Of a DNA stretch of 64,000 nucleotides, positions 1 through 10,940 are shown in pieces. Positions within the stretch are counted from its first letter, which is position 1, and every line of letters starts with the position of its first letter. A program made the translations under genes and the position numbers. The notes under the pieces are model-generated. The model ran no database searches and had not been told where the DNA came from. It saw only the letters and a list, made by a program, of their open reading frames with translations. This DNA comes from Octopus sinensis (lineage: Eukaryota), in NCBI RefSeq assembly GCF_006345805.1, contig NC_043025.1, positions 8,432,001 through 8,496,000 of the forward strand, given 5' to 3'.

Positions 1-452
1 TGCTCTTAGTGCTCCACTAACACGGATGCCAGTCGATGAATTTGATTTTGATTTCACTTGCCTCAACAGGTCTTCACAAGCAGAGTTTAGTGTCCAATGA
101 GGGAAAGGTATGCATAAGTGAGCTGGTTACACCCATGGCATAGGCCACAGGTTATGATCTCACTTGGCTTGCTGGGTCTTCTCAAGCACAGCATATTTCC
201 AAAGGTCTCGTCACTAGTCATTGCCTTGGTAAGGCCCAATGTTCGGAGGTCATGCTTCACCACCCCATCCCAGGTCTTCCTGTGTCTACCTATTCCACAG
301 GTTCCTTCAACTGCTAGGGTGTGACACTTTTTCACACAGCTATCCCCATCCTTCCTCGCCACATGACCATATCAGCGCAGTCGTCTCTCTTGCGCACCAC
401 ATCTGATACTTCTTAGGCCCAACTTTTCTCTCAAGGTACTTACACTCTGTCG
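1..452 (-). mobile_element. RTE-type LINE, 3' fragment (C-terminal ORF remnant plus 3' UTR)
   Basis: The minus strand encodes RRLR*YGHVAR...CVKKCHTLAVEGTCGIGRHRKTWDGVVKHDL, a typical RTE C-terminus. It is the reverse complement of the copy at 36665-37060. Confidence 0.8.
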
Positions 453-523
453 TGTATGAGCACTAACATTACACATCCATCAGAGCATAATTCTATGTAC
501 TTTTTTCTTGTTTCTCTTTGCAG

Positions 524-649
524 GTGGTTAACTGCCTACCGAGATGCTATGTCATTCAGATTTAGTCACTACTTTGTCAGTTACCTCTCTACCTTATCGC
601 TAACTCTAAACGGACTAGGTTCCACACATGTGAACGGAGAAGTCCTCTG
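524..649 (+). CDS. PORCN: Porcupine (Wnt O-palmitoleoyltransferase, MBOAT), internal exon A
   Basis: tttgcag|G acceptor and TG|gtatgg donor. Encodes WLTAYRDAMSFRFSHYFVSYLS..., matching the recalled human [22 protein letters not shown]. Upstream exons lie outside the window. Confidence 0.92.
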
Positions 650-758
650 GTATGGCATCACTACATTCTCAGTTTTTTTTTTTTTCTTTCATGTAAGCTG
701 GAAGAGAGAGAGAGAGAGAGAGCTTCATTGTGTTTGTGGGAATATCATGTTGTGCCCC

Positions 759-2490
759 AGGGTGGCCTGAAAAGTTCATAGGCTGACTATGAAGGAGTTA
801 TGCTAGAGCTGTGAAATTTTGCACTAATTTCGACCCTTCCAGGGAAACCGATATCTAACTGTTCAAAGGGGACTTCAAAAGTAACTAGTTGCAGTGTCCC
901 TTAAAAATGGACAAAATTTGGCATCGTCAGGTTATCGATTATGGACAGAAAGAGTTTAGCTCCCAAAGACGTTTATGGTGACATGGTGGCTGCAATAGAG
1001 GATGACACTCCAGCTTCATCAGTGCAAAAGTGGGCAGCTAAATTCAAGAGGGGAATGGAGAATCTTGAAGAGGATCCAAGATTTAGAGAAAATGATCCAA
1101 GATTTAGAGAAGATGATCCAAGATTTAGAGAGGATTATCCAAGATTTAGATAAGATTATCCAAGATTTAGATAAGATGATCCAAGATTTAGAGAAGATGA
1201 TCCAAGATTTAGAGAAGATGATCCGAGATTTAGAGAAGATTATCCAAGATTTAGATAAGATTATCCAAGATTTAGATAAGATTATCCAAGATTTAGATAA
1301 GATTATCCAAGATTTAGAGAGGATCCAAGATTTAGAGATGATCCAAGATTTAGATAAGATGATCCAAGATTTAGAGAAGATGATCCAAGATTTAGAGAAG
1401 ATTATCCGAGATTTAGAGAAGATTATCCGAGATTTAGAGAAGATGATCCGAGATTTAGAGAAGATGATCCGAGATTTAGAGAAGATGATCCGAGATTTAG
1501 AGAAGATGATCCGAGATTTAGATAAGATGATCCAAGATTTAGATAAGATTATCCAAGATTTAGAGATGATCCAAGATTTAGATAAGATGATCCAAGATTT
1601 AGAGAAGATGATCTGAGATTTAGAGAAGATTATCCGAGATTTAGAGAAGATTATCCGAGATTTAGAGAAGATGATCCGAGATTTAGAGAAGATGATCCGA
1701 GATTTAGAGATGATCCGAGATTTAGAGAAGATGATCCGAGATTTAGAGAAGACTATCCAAAATTTAGAGAGGATGATCCAAGATTTAGAGGGTGATCCAA
1801 GATTTAGAGAGGATGATCCAGGATTTAGAGATGATCCAAGATTTAGAGAGGACGATCCAAGATTTAGAGAAGATGATCCAAGTTTTAGACGTTCTGCAGT
1901 TGCCACAACTGAGGAAAACAACGATCATGTTTACCACATGGTGATGGATGTCAGGTGATTGACTGTAAATCAAATAGCCAATGGTATTAGCATATCCTGT
2001 GGGAGAGATGCGAGTATTGTGCACAATGAACCGGCATGACAATGGTTTCTGCTCAGTGGGTGCCATGTCTTTTGACACCGGATCAGAAGCGCATCAGGCT
2101 GACCTCACACCAGCAGAAAACCTGACATTGTTTGAGGAGGCAGATCCAGCTAGTTTCCTGGAATGATTGATTCTAGTTTCAGCTCACGAGCTGTGGCCAT
2201 GCTGGGGCACCGCCATTTGTTTGTTTCCTGACCCAGTTTTAGTGATGGGTTCAGCGCTTTGAGCCAGAGACACTCCATGCGTTGGAAACACCCCCTCCTC
2301 ACCTGCTTCAAAATGACCTGAGTCATTTCATCTGCACGGAAGGCAATGGTCTCAGTTTTTAGAGGGCTACAAGAGGCATTGTGTTTATTGACTGTCTTCA
2401 AAAGGACCACACCATCATTGGAGAATGCCGTGGGAACTTGCTGAGGCAGTTGTGGACGATTATCAAGCCGAAACACCCAGGAAAACTGAT
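759..2490 (+). mobile_element. Decayed mariner (Tc1/mariner) transposon; transposase pseudogene, 3' end missing
   Basis: TIR-like AGGGTGGCCTGAAAAGTTCATAGGCT at ~759. Broken frames from ATG 907 give MDKIWHR..APKDVYGDMVA..VQKWAAKFKRG..EDPR, ATTEENNDHVYHMVMD, ENLTLFEE, AVGHHFVS*PSFS-type D1 remnants, GNGLSF and FIDCLQKDHTIIGE..NLLRQL..HPGKL. Confidence 0.88.
1067..1889 (+). repeat. 21-bp minisatellite (GATGATCCAAGATTTAGAGAA, ~39-40 units) inside the mariner transposase
   Basis: Tandem units read directly; occasional 18-bp units are present. The unit corresponds to the transposase EDDPR codons. Confidence 0.95.
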
Positions 2491-2625
2491 GAACAGCAGA
2501 AGTTCGCCATTATCTTCTGCTGGAGCCGCGTGGAGCTTAGGTGTTTTGCTCATAAACACACACATCGCCCGGTCTGAGATTCGGACCCGCGAGTCCGCTG
2601 CTCTAACCACTAGGCCATGTGCCTC
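2490..2625 (-). mobile_element. tRNA-derived SINE head (family C)
   Basis: Minus strand reads GGCCTAGTGGTTAGAGCAGCGGACTCGCGGGTCCGAATC (A/B-box-like). Same family as 12648-13220. Confidence 0.75.
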
Positions 2626-2924
2626 CACAATCTGCTTATGATCTCATGAAACAAATCTTAATTGCTGGCAAAAAGGGAACCAAAAAGCTCTTAAAAAAAT
2701 GGTAGAAGCAGCTTGAGCATTGTGGGTTGGGTGGCTTGGGATCTGTGGGGTTCTTTGGTTGCCCTTAGGTGGTGCACCCCTCCGTTGGGATTTCGTTTGC
2801 TAAGGTTTTTTCGCAAATCATTTTTCTGTTTTACCCTTTTTTATGTAACTCCTCGCAGTCTTTTCTCTTTGTATTGTCCTGAATGTTTCTGCGGCCCTTG
2901 TGGCCAATAAATAATTATTATTAA

Positions 2925-3140
2925 TGTGGCAAACTGGCAGAATTGTTAGCACACTGGGTATAATGCTTAGCCACATTTCATCTATCTTTACGTTCTGAGT
3001 TCAAATTCCACCAAGGTCAACTTTGCCTTTCATCCTTTCAAGGTCGATAAAATAAGTACCAGTTGCGCACTGGGGTCAATGTTATTGACGTACTCCTTCC
3101 CCCAAAATTTCTGGCCTTGTGTCAAAATTTGAAACCATTA
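2925..3140 (+). mobile_element. tRNA-like SINE (family B)
   Basis: GGCAGAATTGTTAGCAC...GAGTTCAAATTCC...CCTTTCATCCTTTC..GGTCGATAAAATAAGTACCAG, repeated many times in the window. Confidence 0.8.
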
Positions 3141-3339
3141 ATATTATTATTATTATTAACAAAATGTTTTTTTAAAAATTTCAACTGTTTTTATTTTTTT
3201 ATTTCTTTCTGATGGCTGCTTTTATCTGGACCTTGTCTAAATCCCCTATTTCCTTCCACAAAGCTTGCCAACACCCCAGATCTCTATATTCATACCAAAA
3301 CCTTAATCCTAACTCACCAACTGCTAGAGGGCTTTTTTT

Positions 3340-3850
3340 TTGTTATTGTTGTTTAACCCCAGGTCAGTCCTGATCCAGTTGACCTATGATCAAAGATGTT
3401 CCAGTGGTGACCATCCTGTCTTTTATTCTGGCATAGTGTATCTAGGACAACATTATCAAATGTGTCCTTCTTTGTCATTGTTGTTTAGCCCTAGGTCAGT
3501 CTCGATCCAGCAAACCTATGATCAAAGATGTTCCAGTGGTGACCATTCTGCCTTTCATTCTGGCATAGTGTATCTAGGACAAGATTATCTAATGTCCTTC
3601 TTTGTCATTGTTGTTTAGCCCCAGGTCAGTCTCGATCCAGCAGACCTATGATCAAAGATGTTCCAGTGGTGACCATTCTGCCTTTTATTCAGACCACAAT
3701 GTATCTAGGACTACAGTATCTAACATGTCCCTCATTATTTTTGTTGTTTAAACCCAGATCAACTCTAATCCAATAGTTCTATAATCTAAGACGTTCCAGC
3801 TGTGACCATCCTGTCTTTTATTTAGACATATAACTAGGACTTCATTGTCT
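3340..3850 (+). repeat. ~131-bp tandem repeat x4 of an interspersed repeat family
   Basis: Unit TTGTTTAACCCCAGGTCAG...GACCTATGATCAAAGATGTTCCAGTGGTGACCAT. Related single copies occur near 41240, 50150, 50700 and 52580. Confidence 0.85.
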
Positions 3851-3852
3851 AA

Positions 3853-4070
3853 CGCAGTGGTTCTCAACCATTTTCTTTTTTGCCTATGGACCCCTTACAT
3901 TCTTATTTTACTTGGGTGGGTCCTCAGAGCCTTTCAATGCTTAGAAAATCCTATCATATTTTTATAATTACCGTAAATCCTCGAGTATAATCCGCACTTT
4001 TTCCCCAAAATTTAAAAGGCCAAAATCCCTAGTGCGTACTATATGTGAGGTTAAAAATGAAAACTATTTT
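3853..4070 (+). mobile_element. DNA transposon end fragments (hAT-like CAGTGGTTCTCAACC; Tc2/pogo-like TACCGTAAATCCTCGAGTATAA)
   Basis: Only terminal-motif resemblance; matching opposite TIRs were not found. Confidence 0.35.
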
Positions 4071-4501
4071 CTAAGCAATGTCTGAGTCTCTATTTGCTGT
4101 CTGGCAATGTTTATTCAGACGCATTTTGTGATGTCAGGTGTGAAAATACCTTAAGCTAAGCCTGAAAGCAATGAAGTCCTAAAAGAATCATCCATAACTT
4201 GCAATAAGCAACATTTATTAAACGTTATTACTGTTATTTCTTTATTTTCTGCAAACAAAAGTAGATGAATTCAGAGACTTGCTTCATATGTGAAGGTGGG
4301 GTGAGGAAGACCCTCTTTCTAATGATCGACCCCCCATCTCATTGACTCGGCTTTTTTTCTGTTCTGCTGCATACATTTGTCTCTCCCCTCTCATCCCTCC
4401 TCCCTCCCTGCTTCTCTTACACTCCTCTCACCCTCTGCCCTTGCCTCTCTGCTCTTACCTCTACCTGTTAAGCATGGCTTCAGTCCTCTCCTTGTTACTA
4501 G

Positions 4502-4602
4502 GGACTTTGATGTTACCCGGCCTGCCTACATAGAAGTGCCACGCTCCCTGGTGGAGACTGTTTCAAACTGGAATATACCAATGCATAACTGGCTCAAGAA
4601 TT
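4502..4602 (+). CDS. PORCN: Porcupine exon B
   Basis: tag|G acceptor and T|gtaagt donor. Encodes (W)DFDVTRPAYIEVPRSLVETVSNWNIPMHNWLKN, versus human [34 protein letters not shown]. Phase fits exon A. Confidence 0.95.
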
Positions 4603-4832
4603 GTAAGTAGAACCATTATTGTAGCTTTCCTTCCTCTTATTCTGTCTGTCTGTCTTTCATATTTTCTGCCATCTCTCTCTCTCTCTCTCTGTTTTCCTTA
4701 TCACTAACTACTCCCCTCTTTCTATATATATATATCTTTATCTTATATTAAACTTTTAATACTTTTTGATAGTTATATAATTAAAAAAAATAAATAAATA
4801 AATAAAATAAAATAATAATAATAAAATATATA

Positions 4833-5245
4833 GGCACAGGAGTGGCTGTGTGGTAAGTAGCTTGCTAACCAACCACATGGTTCCGGGTTCAGTCCCACTG
4901 CGTGGCACCTTGGGCAAGTGTCTTCTACTATAGCCTCGGGCCGACCAAAGCCTTGTGAGTGGATTTGGTAGACGGAAACTGAAAGAAGCCCGTCGTATAT
5001 ATGTATATATATATATATATGCGTGTGTGTATTTGTGTGTCTGTGTTTGTCCCCCTAGCATTGTTTGACAACCGATGCTGGTGTGTTTATGTCCCCGTTA
5101 CTTAGCGGTTCGGCAAAAGAGACCGATGGAATAAGTACTGGGCTTACAAAAGAATAAGTCCCGGGGTTGAGTTGCTCGATTAAAGGCAGTGCTCCAGCAT
5201 GGCCGCAGTCAAAATGACTGAAACAAGGAAAAAGAAAAAGAAAGA
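4833..5245 (+). mobile_element. tRNA-like SINE family A, full length
   Basis: Head GGAGTGGCTGTGTGGTAAG..GGTTCAGTCCCACTGCG, central (TA)n/(TG)n, tail GCTCCAGCATGGCCGCAGTC-AAAAT-GACTGAAAC. Confidence 0.88.
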
Positions 5246-5649
5246 ATATATTTATATATTCATAAATGAGGGTGAAAAATTAGATATTAATTTAATAAAA
5301 CCATCAGTTTAACACCAAGTGGCCTAGCACATAAAAACCAGGGAGACAATACAAATTTATATATATATATATATATATTTAAAATTTATAAGTTTAAATT
5401 ATTAATTTAAATAATTTTTAAAATTTTAACTTTAATTTAAATATTTTAATTTGGAATTTTTTATTTTATATTTTTTATATATTTTTTAATTAATTTTATT
5501 TCTATGTATTGGCTTATGTTTTTCACTGTTTGATTTGCCTAATAGTGGTTTTATCTCTAATTTAATATAATATAATATATGTGTGTATGTTCCTCTCTCT
5601 CTCTCTCTGTATTTATATATATATGCACGCATACACACACACACACACA

Positions 5650-5943
5650 TATCGAGCGAGGTCGTTGCCTGTGCCACTGGACTGGCTCCTGTGCAGGTGT
5701 CACATAAAAAAACACCATTCGAGCATGGCCCTTGCCAGTACCGCCTGACTGGCCCTCGTGCCGGTAGCATTTTAAAATCACCCACTAAACTCTCGGAATG
5801 GTTGGCGTCAGGAAGGGCATCCAGCTGTAGAAACTCTGCCAGATCAGATTGGAGTCTGGTGCAGCCATCAGGTTCGCCAGTCCTCAGTCAAATCGTCCAA
5901 CCCATGCCAGAATGGAAGGCGGATGCTAAACGATGATGATGAT
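5650..5943 (+). mobile_element. RTE-LINE 3' UTR-derived short element
   Basis: GGAAGGGCATCCAGCTGTAGAAAC...CCAACCCATGCC..GGAAGGCGGATGCTAAACGATGATGAT tail, the same tail as the RTE copy at 36665-37385. Confidence 0.8.
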
Positions 5944-6139
5944 ATAGTAGTCCAGAGTATTGGATTACATTAGATTGAGTGCCAATATTCAGTCCACTGC
6001 AGGACAAGGAGGGTCTCAGCATATTCTCTCTACCAGAGATTGGCTTCAGATCATACTGATTTGATGAGTGCTTACCCTACCACACTGTTTTCAGCATGGG
6101 TTGGCGAAGGGATACAGTTTTTTTATATACGTATTTCTT

Positions 6140-6365
6140 TACTACCCACAAGGGGCTAAACACAGAAGGGACAAACAAGGACAGACAAACGGATTAAGTC
6201 AATTACATCGACCCCAGTGCATAACTGGTACTTAATTTATCGACACCGAAAGGATGAAAGGCAAAGTCAACCTCGGCAGAATTTGAACTCAGAACATAAC
6301 GGCAGACGAAATACGGATACGCATTTCACCCAGCGTGCTAATGTTTCTGCCAGCACGCCGCCTTA
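6140..6365 (-). mobile_element. SINE family B
   Basis: Reverse complement of the family B consensus (GAAAGGATGAAAGGCAAAGTCAACCTCGG..GAATTTGAACTC). Confidence 0.8.
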
Positions 6366-6376
6366 TTATTTTTTTT

Positions 6377-6503
6377 CGCCCGGCCGCTGGCTTCGACACG
6401 GACGCGCTGCTAGGAAGAGCACGCCGCATTCCCACCGACGGACGGGCACTCTCCGAGTTCGGGTTTGGGAATATTAACCCGATTCCCTTTCGATGCGAGG
6501 CAG
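6377..6503 (-). pseudogene. Retroposed 28S rRNA fragment (D7 region)
   Basis: Minus strand contains CGAAAGGGAATCGGGTTAATATTCCC, a conserved 28S motif, followed by GC-rich D7b-like sequence. The 127-bp fragment is flanked by T8 runs on both sides. Confidence 0.8.
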
Positions 6504-6594
6504 TTTTTTTTATATACATTAATCCCTCAACTATCGCAGGTGTTACATTCCAAGCCCCAAGGCAGCAGGTGAAAATCCACAAAGTATAAACAGT

Positions 6595-7275
6595 ACTTTA
6601 CTCTTTACTGTTTTACTTGTTTCAGTCATTTAACTGCAGCCATGCTGGAGCACCACCTTTAGTTGAGCAAATCGACCTCAGGACTTATTCTTTGGAAGCC
6701 CAGTACTTATTTTATCGATCTTTTTTGCCGGGGATGTAAACACGCCAGCATCAGTTGTCAAGCGATGTTGGGGGTACAAACACAGACAAACAAACATATA
6801 CATACATATACATATATATATATATATAATAATAAAGGGTTAATTGCAACAAGTTGCTCAAAACCACATACCGAAAATATTAGAAATGGCAGCCAAATAG
6901 GCCACCATTTCTCCTACTAGTAAAAAAGTCTCCAGTTTGGCTGCCATTTCTAATATTTTCGGTATGTGGTTTTGAGCAACTTGTTGCAATTAACCCTTTA
7001 TTATAATTAATATAATCCTTACCAAATATGGTCTCTTCCATACCGATTAAACTACTAGGTGAAATTTATTAATTTTATTAAATTAATTATATTTCTCCCT
7101 TTTTATTATATTATATTATATATATATATATATAATATATATATATATATATACATTATTATATATATATATATATATATACGATGGGCTTCTTTCAGTT
7201 TCCGTCTACGAAATCCACTCACAAGGCTTTGGTCGGCCTGAGGCTATAGTAGAAGACTCTTGTCCAAGGCGCCAC
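6595..7275 (-). mobile_element. SINE family A, interrupted in its microsatellite by a palindromic insert
   Basis: Tail at 6595-6800 and body at 7180-7275, both reverse-complement matches to family A. Confidence 0.75.
6829..7004. repeat. Perfect ~69-bp inverted repeat with a 38-nt spacer (MITE-like or hairpin)
   Basis: 6829-6897 is the exact reverse complement of 6936-7004. Confidence 0.9.
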
Positions 7276-7279
7276 GCAC

Positions 7280-7590
7280 CTGGCTTTAGTCTTGATCTGG
7301 CAGATTTTCTACAGCTGGATGCCCTTCTTAATGCCACTCCGAGAGTGTAGTGGGTGCTTTTTACATGCCACCGGCACAGGGGCCAGTCAGGTGGTACTGG
7401 CAATGACTTTGCTCGAATCTTTTTACACGTGCCAGTGAAACGACGTTGGTAACGATCATGCTCAAATGGTGCCCTTTTAACGTGCCACGGGTACAGAAGC
7501 CAGTTGGCTGCTCTGGCAACGATCACACTCGGATGGTGTTTTTGGCACCCTACAAGCACAGGCATAAGTGCCAGTAAGGTGACATATAGC
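7280..7590 (-). mobile_element. RTE 3' UTR-derived element
   Basis: TTTCTACAGCTGGATGCCCTTC...GAGAGTGTAGTGGGTGCTTTT family motif. Confidence 0.75.
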
Positions 7591-8059
7591 ACTAAATATA
7601 AAATAAAACAAAATTATTTAGTGTATCGTTTCGTACCGGAACAAATACAAAGAAAACTGACTTATAGTTCATCAGAATATCTGGAAAGAGAACAGAAAAA
7701 AAATAATTTCTCAGAAAGCTGAATGGGGTCCGGTTGGACCCTAATGACCATGTTTTATGTTGTAACATCCGTACGACTGGAAATTTTTAACTCAAAATTT
7801 CTAAGTGCATGCATAAACTATTGACAATAAAAGCCATGAGATATAAAATCCTTTAAATAAAAAAAAATATCAAAGTTGCATAAATATCAAAGTTTGCTGG
7901 GATCCCAAGAAGCGGTTCCATGCTCCTCTTAACCCTGAAACTCCTGAATCCGGGCCCCACTACTGGATGCAGTTCAGTCACACACACACCAGGCTTCCAC
8001 ACAGTCTCCAAAATTTATTCTCAAAGCATTGGTTGGTCTGGTGCTATAACAAAAGGCGT

Positions 8060-8475
8060 CGAGCTGACAGAATCGTCATCACGCCGAGCGAAATGCTTAG
8101 TGGTATTTAGTCTGTCTTTATGTTCTGAGTTCAAATTCCGCCGAGGTTGACTTTGCCTTTCATCCTTTCAGGGTCAATTAAATAAATACCAGTTACGCAC
8201 TGGGGTCGATAAAATCAGCTTAATCCGTTTGTCTGTCCTTGTTTGTCCCCTCTGTGTGTAGCCCCTTGTGGGCAGTAAAGAAATAGGTATTTCGTCTGCC
8301 GCTACGTTCTGAGTTCAAATTCCACTGAGGTCGACTTTGCCTTTCATCCTTTCGGGGTCAGTTAAATAAGTACCAGTTACGCACTGGGGGGGTCCATATA
8401 ATCGACTTAATCCGTTTATCTGTCCTTGTTTGTCCCCTCTGTGTGTAGCCCCTTGTGGGCAGTAAAGAAATAAGA
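8060..8475 (+). mobile_element. SINE family B dimer (head-less second unit)
   Basis: Two units joined at AAAGAAATAGGTATTTCGTCTGCC (~8278-8300). Confidence 0.8.
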
Positions 8476-8595
8476 AGTCACTTGTCCAAGGTGCTGTGCA
8501 GTGGGACTGAACCCCCAGACTGCATAGTTTCAAAGCAATCGTCTTAGCCATCCATACACACATCCTGTATTTATGTTTAATCTTTTCTTTTTCAG

Positions 8596-8672
8596 ATGTC
8601 TTCAAAATTGCTCGTCCTCTTGGTAACTTTGTTGCCGTGCTGCTCACATATGCTGCAAGCTCACTATTGCAC
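8596..8672 (+). CDS. PORCN: Porcupine exon C (catalytic His)
   Basis: ttcag|AT acceptor and CAC|gtaagt donor. Encodes (Y)VFKIARPLGNFVAVLLTYAASSLLH, versus human [26 protein letters not shown] (His341). Confidence 0.95.
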
Positions 8673-8764
8673 GTAAGTTGATAGCAAGTTTTTCCGTAGT
8701 CTCTGGACTTGCTTTTTTTTTATCTTGCATGAAAATGTCTCATCACATCTTTGTCTTTTTAATC

Positions 8765-9600
8765 TGAGAAGGGTCTTGGAGGAAGAGTTTTTAAGCACAG
8801 CATCCATTGGGTCCTGTCAGAAGGGTCATGGGGGAAGAGTTTTTAAGCACACCATCCATTGGGTCCTGTCAGAAGGGTCATGGGGGAAGAGTTTTTAAGC
8901 ACAGCATCCATTGGGTCCTGTCAGAAGGGTCATGGGGGAAGAGTTTTTAAGCACACCATCCATTGGGTCCTGTCAGAAGGGTCATGGGGGAAGAGTTTTT
9001 AAGCACAGCATCCATTGGGTCCTGTCAGAAGGGTCATGGGGGAAGAGTTTTTAAGCACACCATCCATTGGGTCCTGTCAGAAGGGTCATGGGGGAAGAGT
9101 TTTTAAGCACAGCATCCATTGGGTCCTGTCAGAAGGGTCATGGGGGAAGAGTTTTTAAGCACACCATCCATTGGGTCCTGTCAGAAGGGTCATGGGGGAA
9201 GAGTTTTTAAGCACAGCATCCATTGGGTCCTGTCAGAAGGGTCATGGGGGAAGAGTTTTTAAGCACACCATCCATTGGGTCCTGTCAGAAGGGTCATGGG
9301 GGAAGAGTTTTTAAGCACAGCATCCATTGGGTCCTGTCAGAAGGGTCATGGGGGAAGAGTTTTTAAGCACAGCATCCATTGGGTCCTGTCAGAAGGGTCA
9401 TGGGGGAAGAGTTTTTAAGCACAGCATCCATTGGGTCCTGTCAGAAGGGTCATGGGGGAAGAGTTTTTAAGCACAGCATCCATTGGGTCCTGTCAGAAGG
9501 GTCATGGGGGAAGAGTTTTTAAGCACAGCATCCATTGGGTCCTGTCAGAAGGGTCATGGGGGAAGAGTTTTTAAGCACACCATCCATTGGGTCCTGTCAG
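8765..9600 (+). repeat. 52-bp minisatellite x16
   Basis: Unit CAGAAGGGTCATGGGGGAAGAGTTTTTAAGCACA(G/C)CATCCATTGGGTCCTGT; period measured at 8769, 8821 and 8873. Confidence 0.97.
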
Positions 9601-9848
9601 AGCTAAAAAGCTCTATCTGCGACGATTTCATCTCAATCGAAGGAGAGGGGCTTTCTCCGTCCGGGTTGCGGATCCGTGGAACAAGCTGCCGGACGAGATA
9701 GTGAAGATGCCAATGACCGCTCGGTTCAAAGTCTCTCTTGACCAGAAATGGCCTGAACTCTTTGCATGAACACCCTCCCTGTACATAACTCCATGTCCCC
9801 CTACATGGCCTTGCTTTTTGCTTTTTGAGCCAAAAAATTAACTTAACT

Positions 9849-9853
<5 letters not shown>
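9601..9853 (+). mobile_element. CR1-type LINE extreme 3' fragment (distinct family)
   Basis: Encodes KKLYLRRFHLNRRRGAFSVRVADPWNKLPDEIV..FKVSLD, a CR1-like C-terminus, and ends in a (TAACT)n tail. Confidence 0.75.
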
Positions 9854-9891
<38 letters not shown>

Positions 9892-9894
<3 letters not shown>

Positions 9895-10115
9895 CAGCAA
9901 TGAAAGATGGAATACAGGAGAATTTATTATTGATAATGACAATTGTTTCGATACATCTAGCACTGATCCCTCATGGGTGGGACACTCAACAATTGGTTCA
10001 GGAGTATCTGGCAGTGAGTGTCCCACCCACGAGAAATCGGTGCTGGATGTATCGAAACAATTGTTGTTACTAATTATAAATTCTTCTGTATTCCATCTTC
10101 CGTCTTTCATTTGCC
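9892..10115. repeat. ~100-bp-arm palindrome carrying hammerhead 3' halves
   Basis: The arms are reverse complements. Each carries GAAA-CAATTG-T(C/T) but no CTGANGA. Confidence 0.75.
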
Positions 10116-10341
10116 ATATATATAAATATATATATATATATATAAATAGATGAGTGTATTTTTACCTTGTTAACAATTAACACGGAAAATATAAATAAAT
10201 AGTTACCAGGGTAGCAAAAATCTCACAAGTAAAAATGTTGTAACTCCTTGTTTATAAAGGTAGAAACTTAGTGTTTACGTGGAATATTTTGAATAATATA
10301 TGAGTAAATAAATGGAGTTTAATGCAGGTGTAAATCAAATA

Positions 10342-10437
10342 TTTTTACTTTCGACACATGTTTCGAATATTCCACTGATACTATTCAAAAGAATAAATGG
10401 TATAAACAATGCAATCTTCTCTTCAGGAAAGTGAAAA
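10342..10437 (-). ncRNA. Minimal type I hammerhead ribozyme (canonical core)
   Basis: Minus strand: ACTTTC-CTGAAGA-GAAGATT..~40 nt..AATATTC-GAAA-CATGTG-TC-GAAAGT. Stem I is 6 bp perfect, stem II closes with G-C, and the GUC cleavage triplet has C17 at 10353. Confidence 0.8.
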
Positions 10438-10700
10438 AAACGAAACTCGTCAATACGACATTTTAGCAAAAAATGATGGGTTTGTATAGCGATAGACAGA
10501 ACGCTATTAATATTGTTTAAAAAAACGTTATATGATATAACGTCATAAGTAGCTAACAGAAAGAGTAGGGATATTAATAGTGAATGTTAAATATAAAGGA
10601 AATTAAAGTCTAAACTATATATAATGATAGAGACTACTTATATGCACTAAATGTATGTTTCTGCCAATGCTTACATCTGTATGCTCGTTCTATAACCGTG

Positions 10701-10738
<38 letters not shown>

Positions 10739-10940
10739 TTAAGTAATGAGGGAGATAAATTCAATATGAATTTAATTAATATCAATTTAAAATCAGTAGC
10801 CTAGCATACAAAAATCTGAAAAATCAGAGAAAATTCTAATACATGTGTATATTTAAAGGGATAAAAACCACTATGTGGACAGCCATATGCTAGAAGTAGA
10901 TCACCTATGATCTGTCCACATAGTGGTTTTTTGGCCCTTT

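Noticed and set aside
7620-7680. Minus-strand CTGATGA...GTAC-GAAA-CGATAC hammerhead-like motif
   Set aside because: The stem II closing pair, stem III and stem I do not pair convincingly. At best it is a highly decayed relic.
8765-9600. Possible CRISPR-like array (also considered for 44128-45495 and 53380-54100)
   Set aside because: There are no unique spacers and no cas genes, and the context is eukaryotic. These are tandem repeats.
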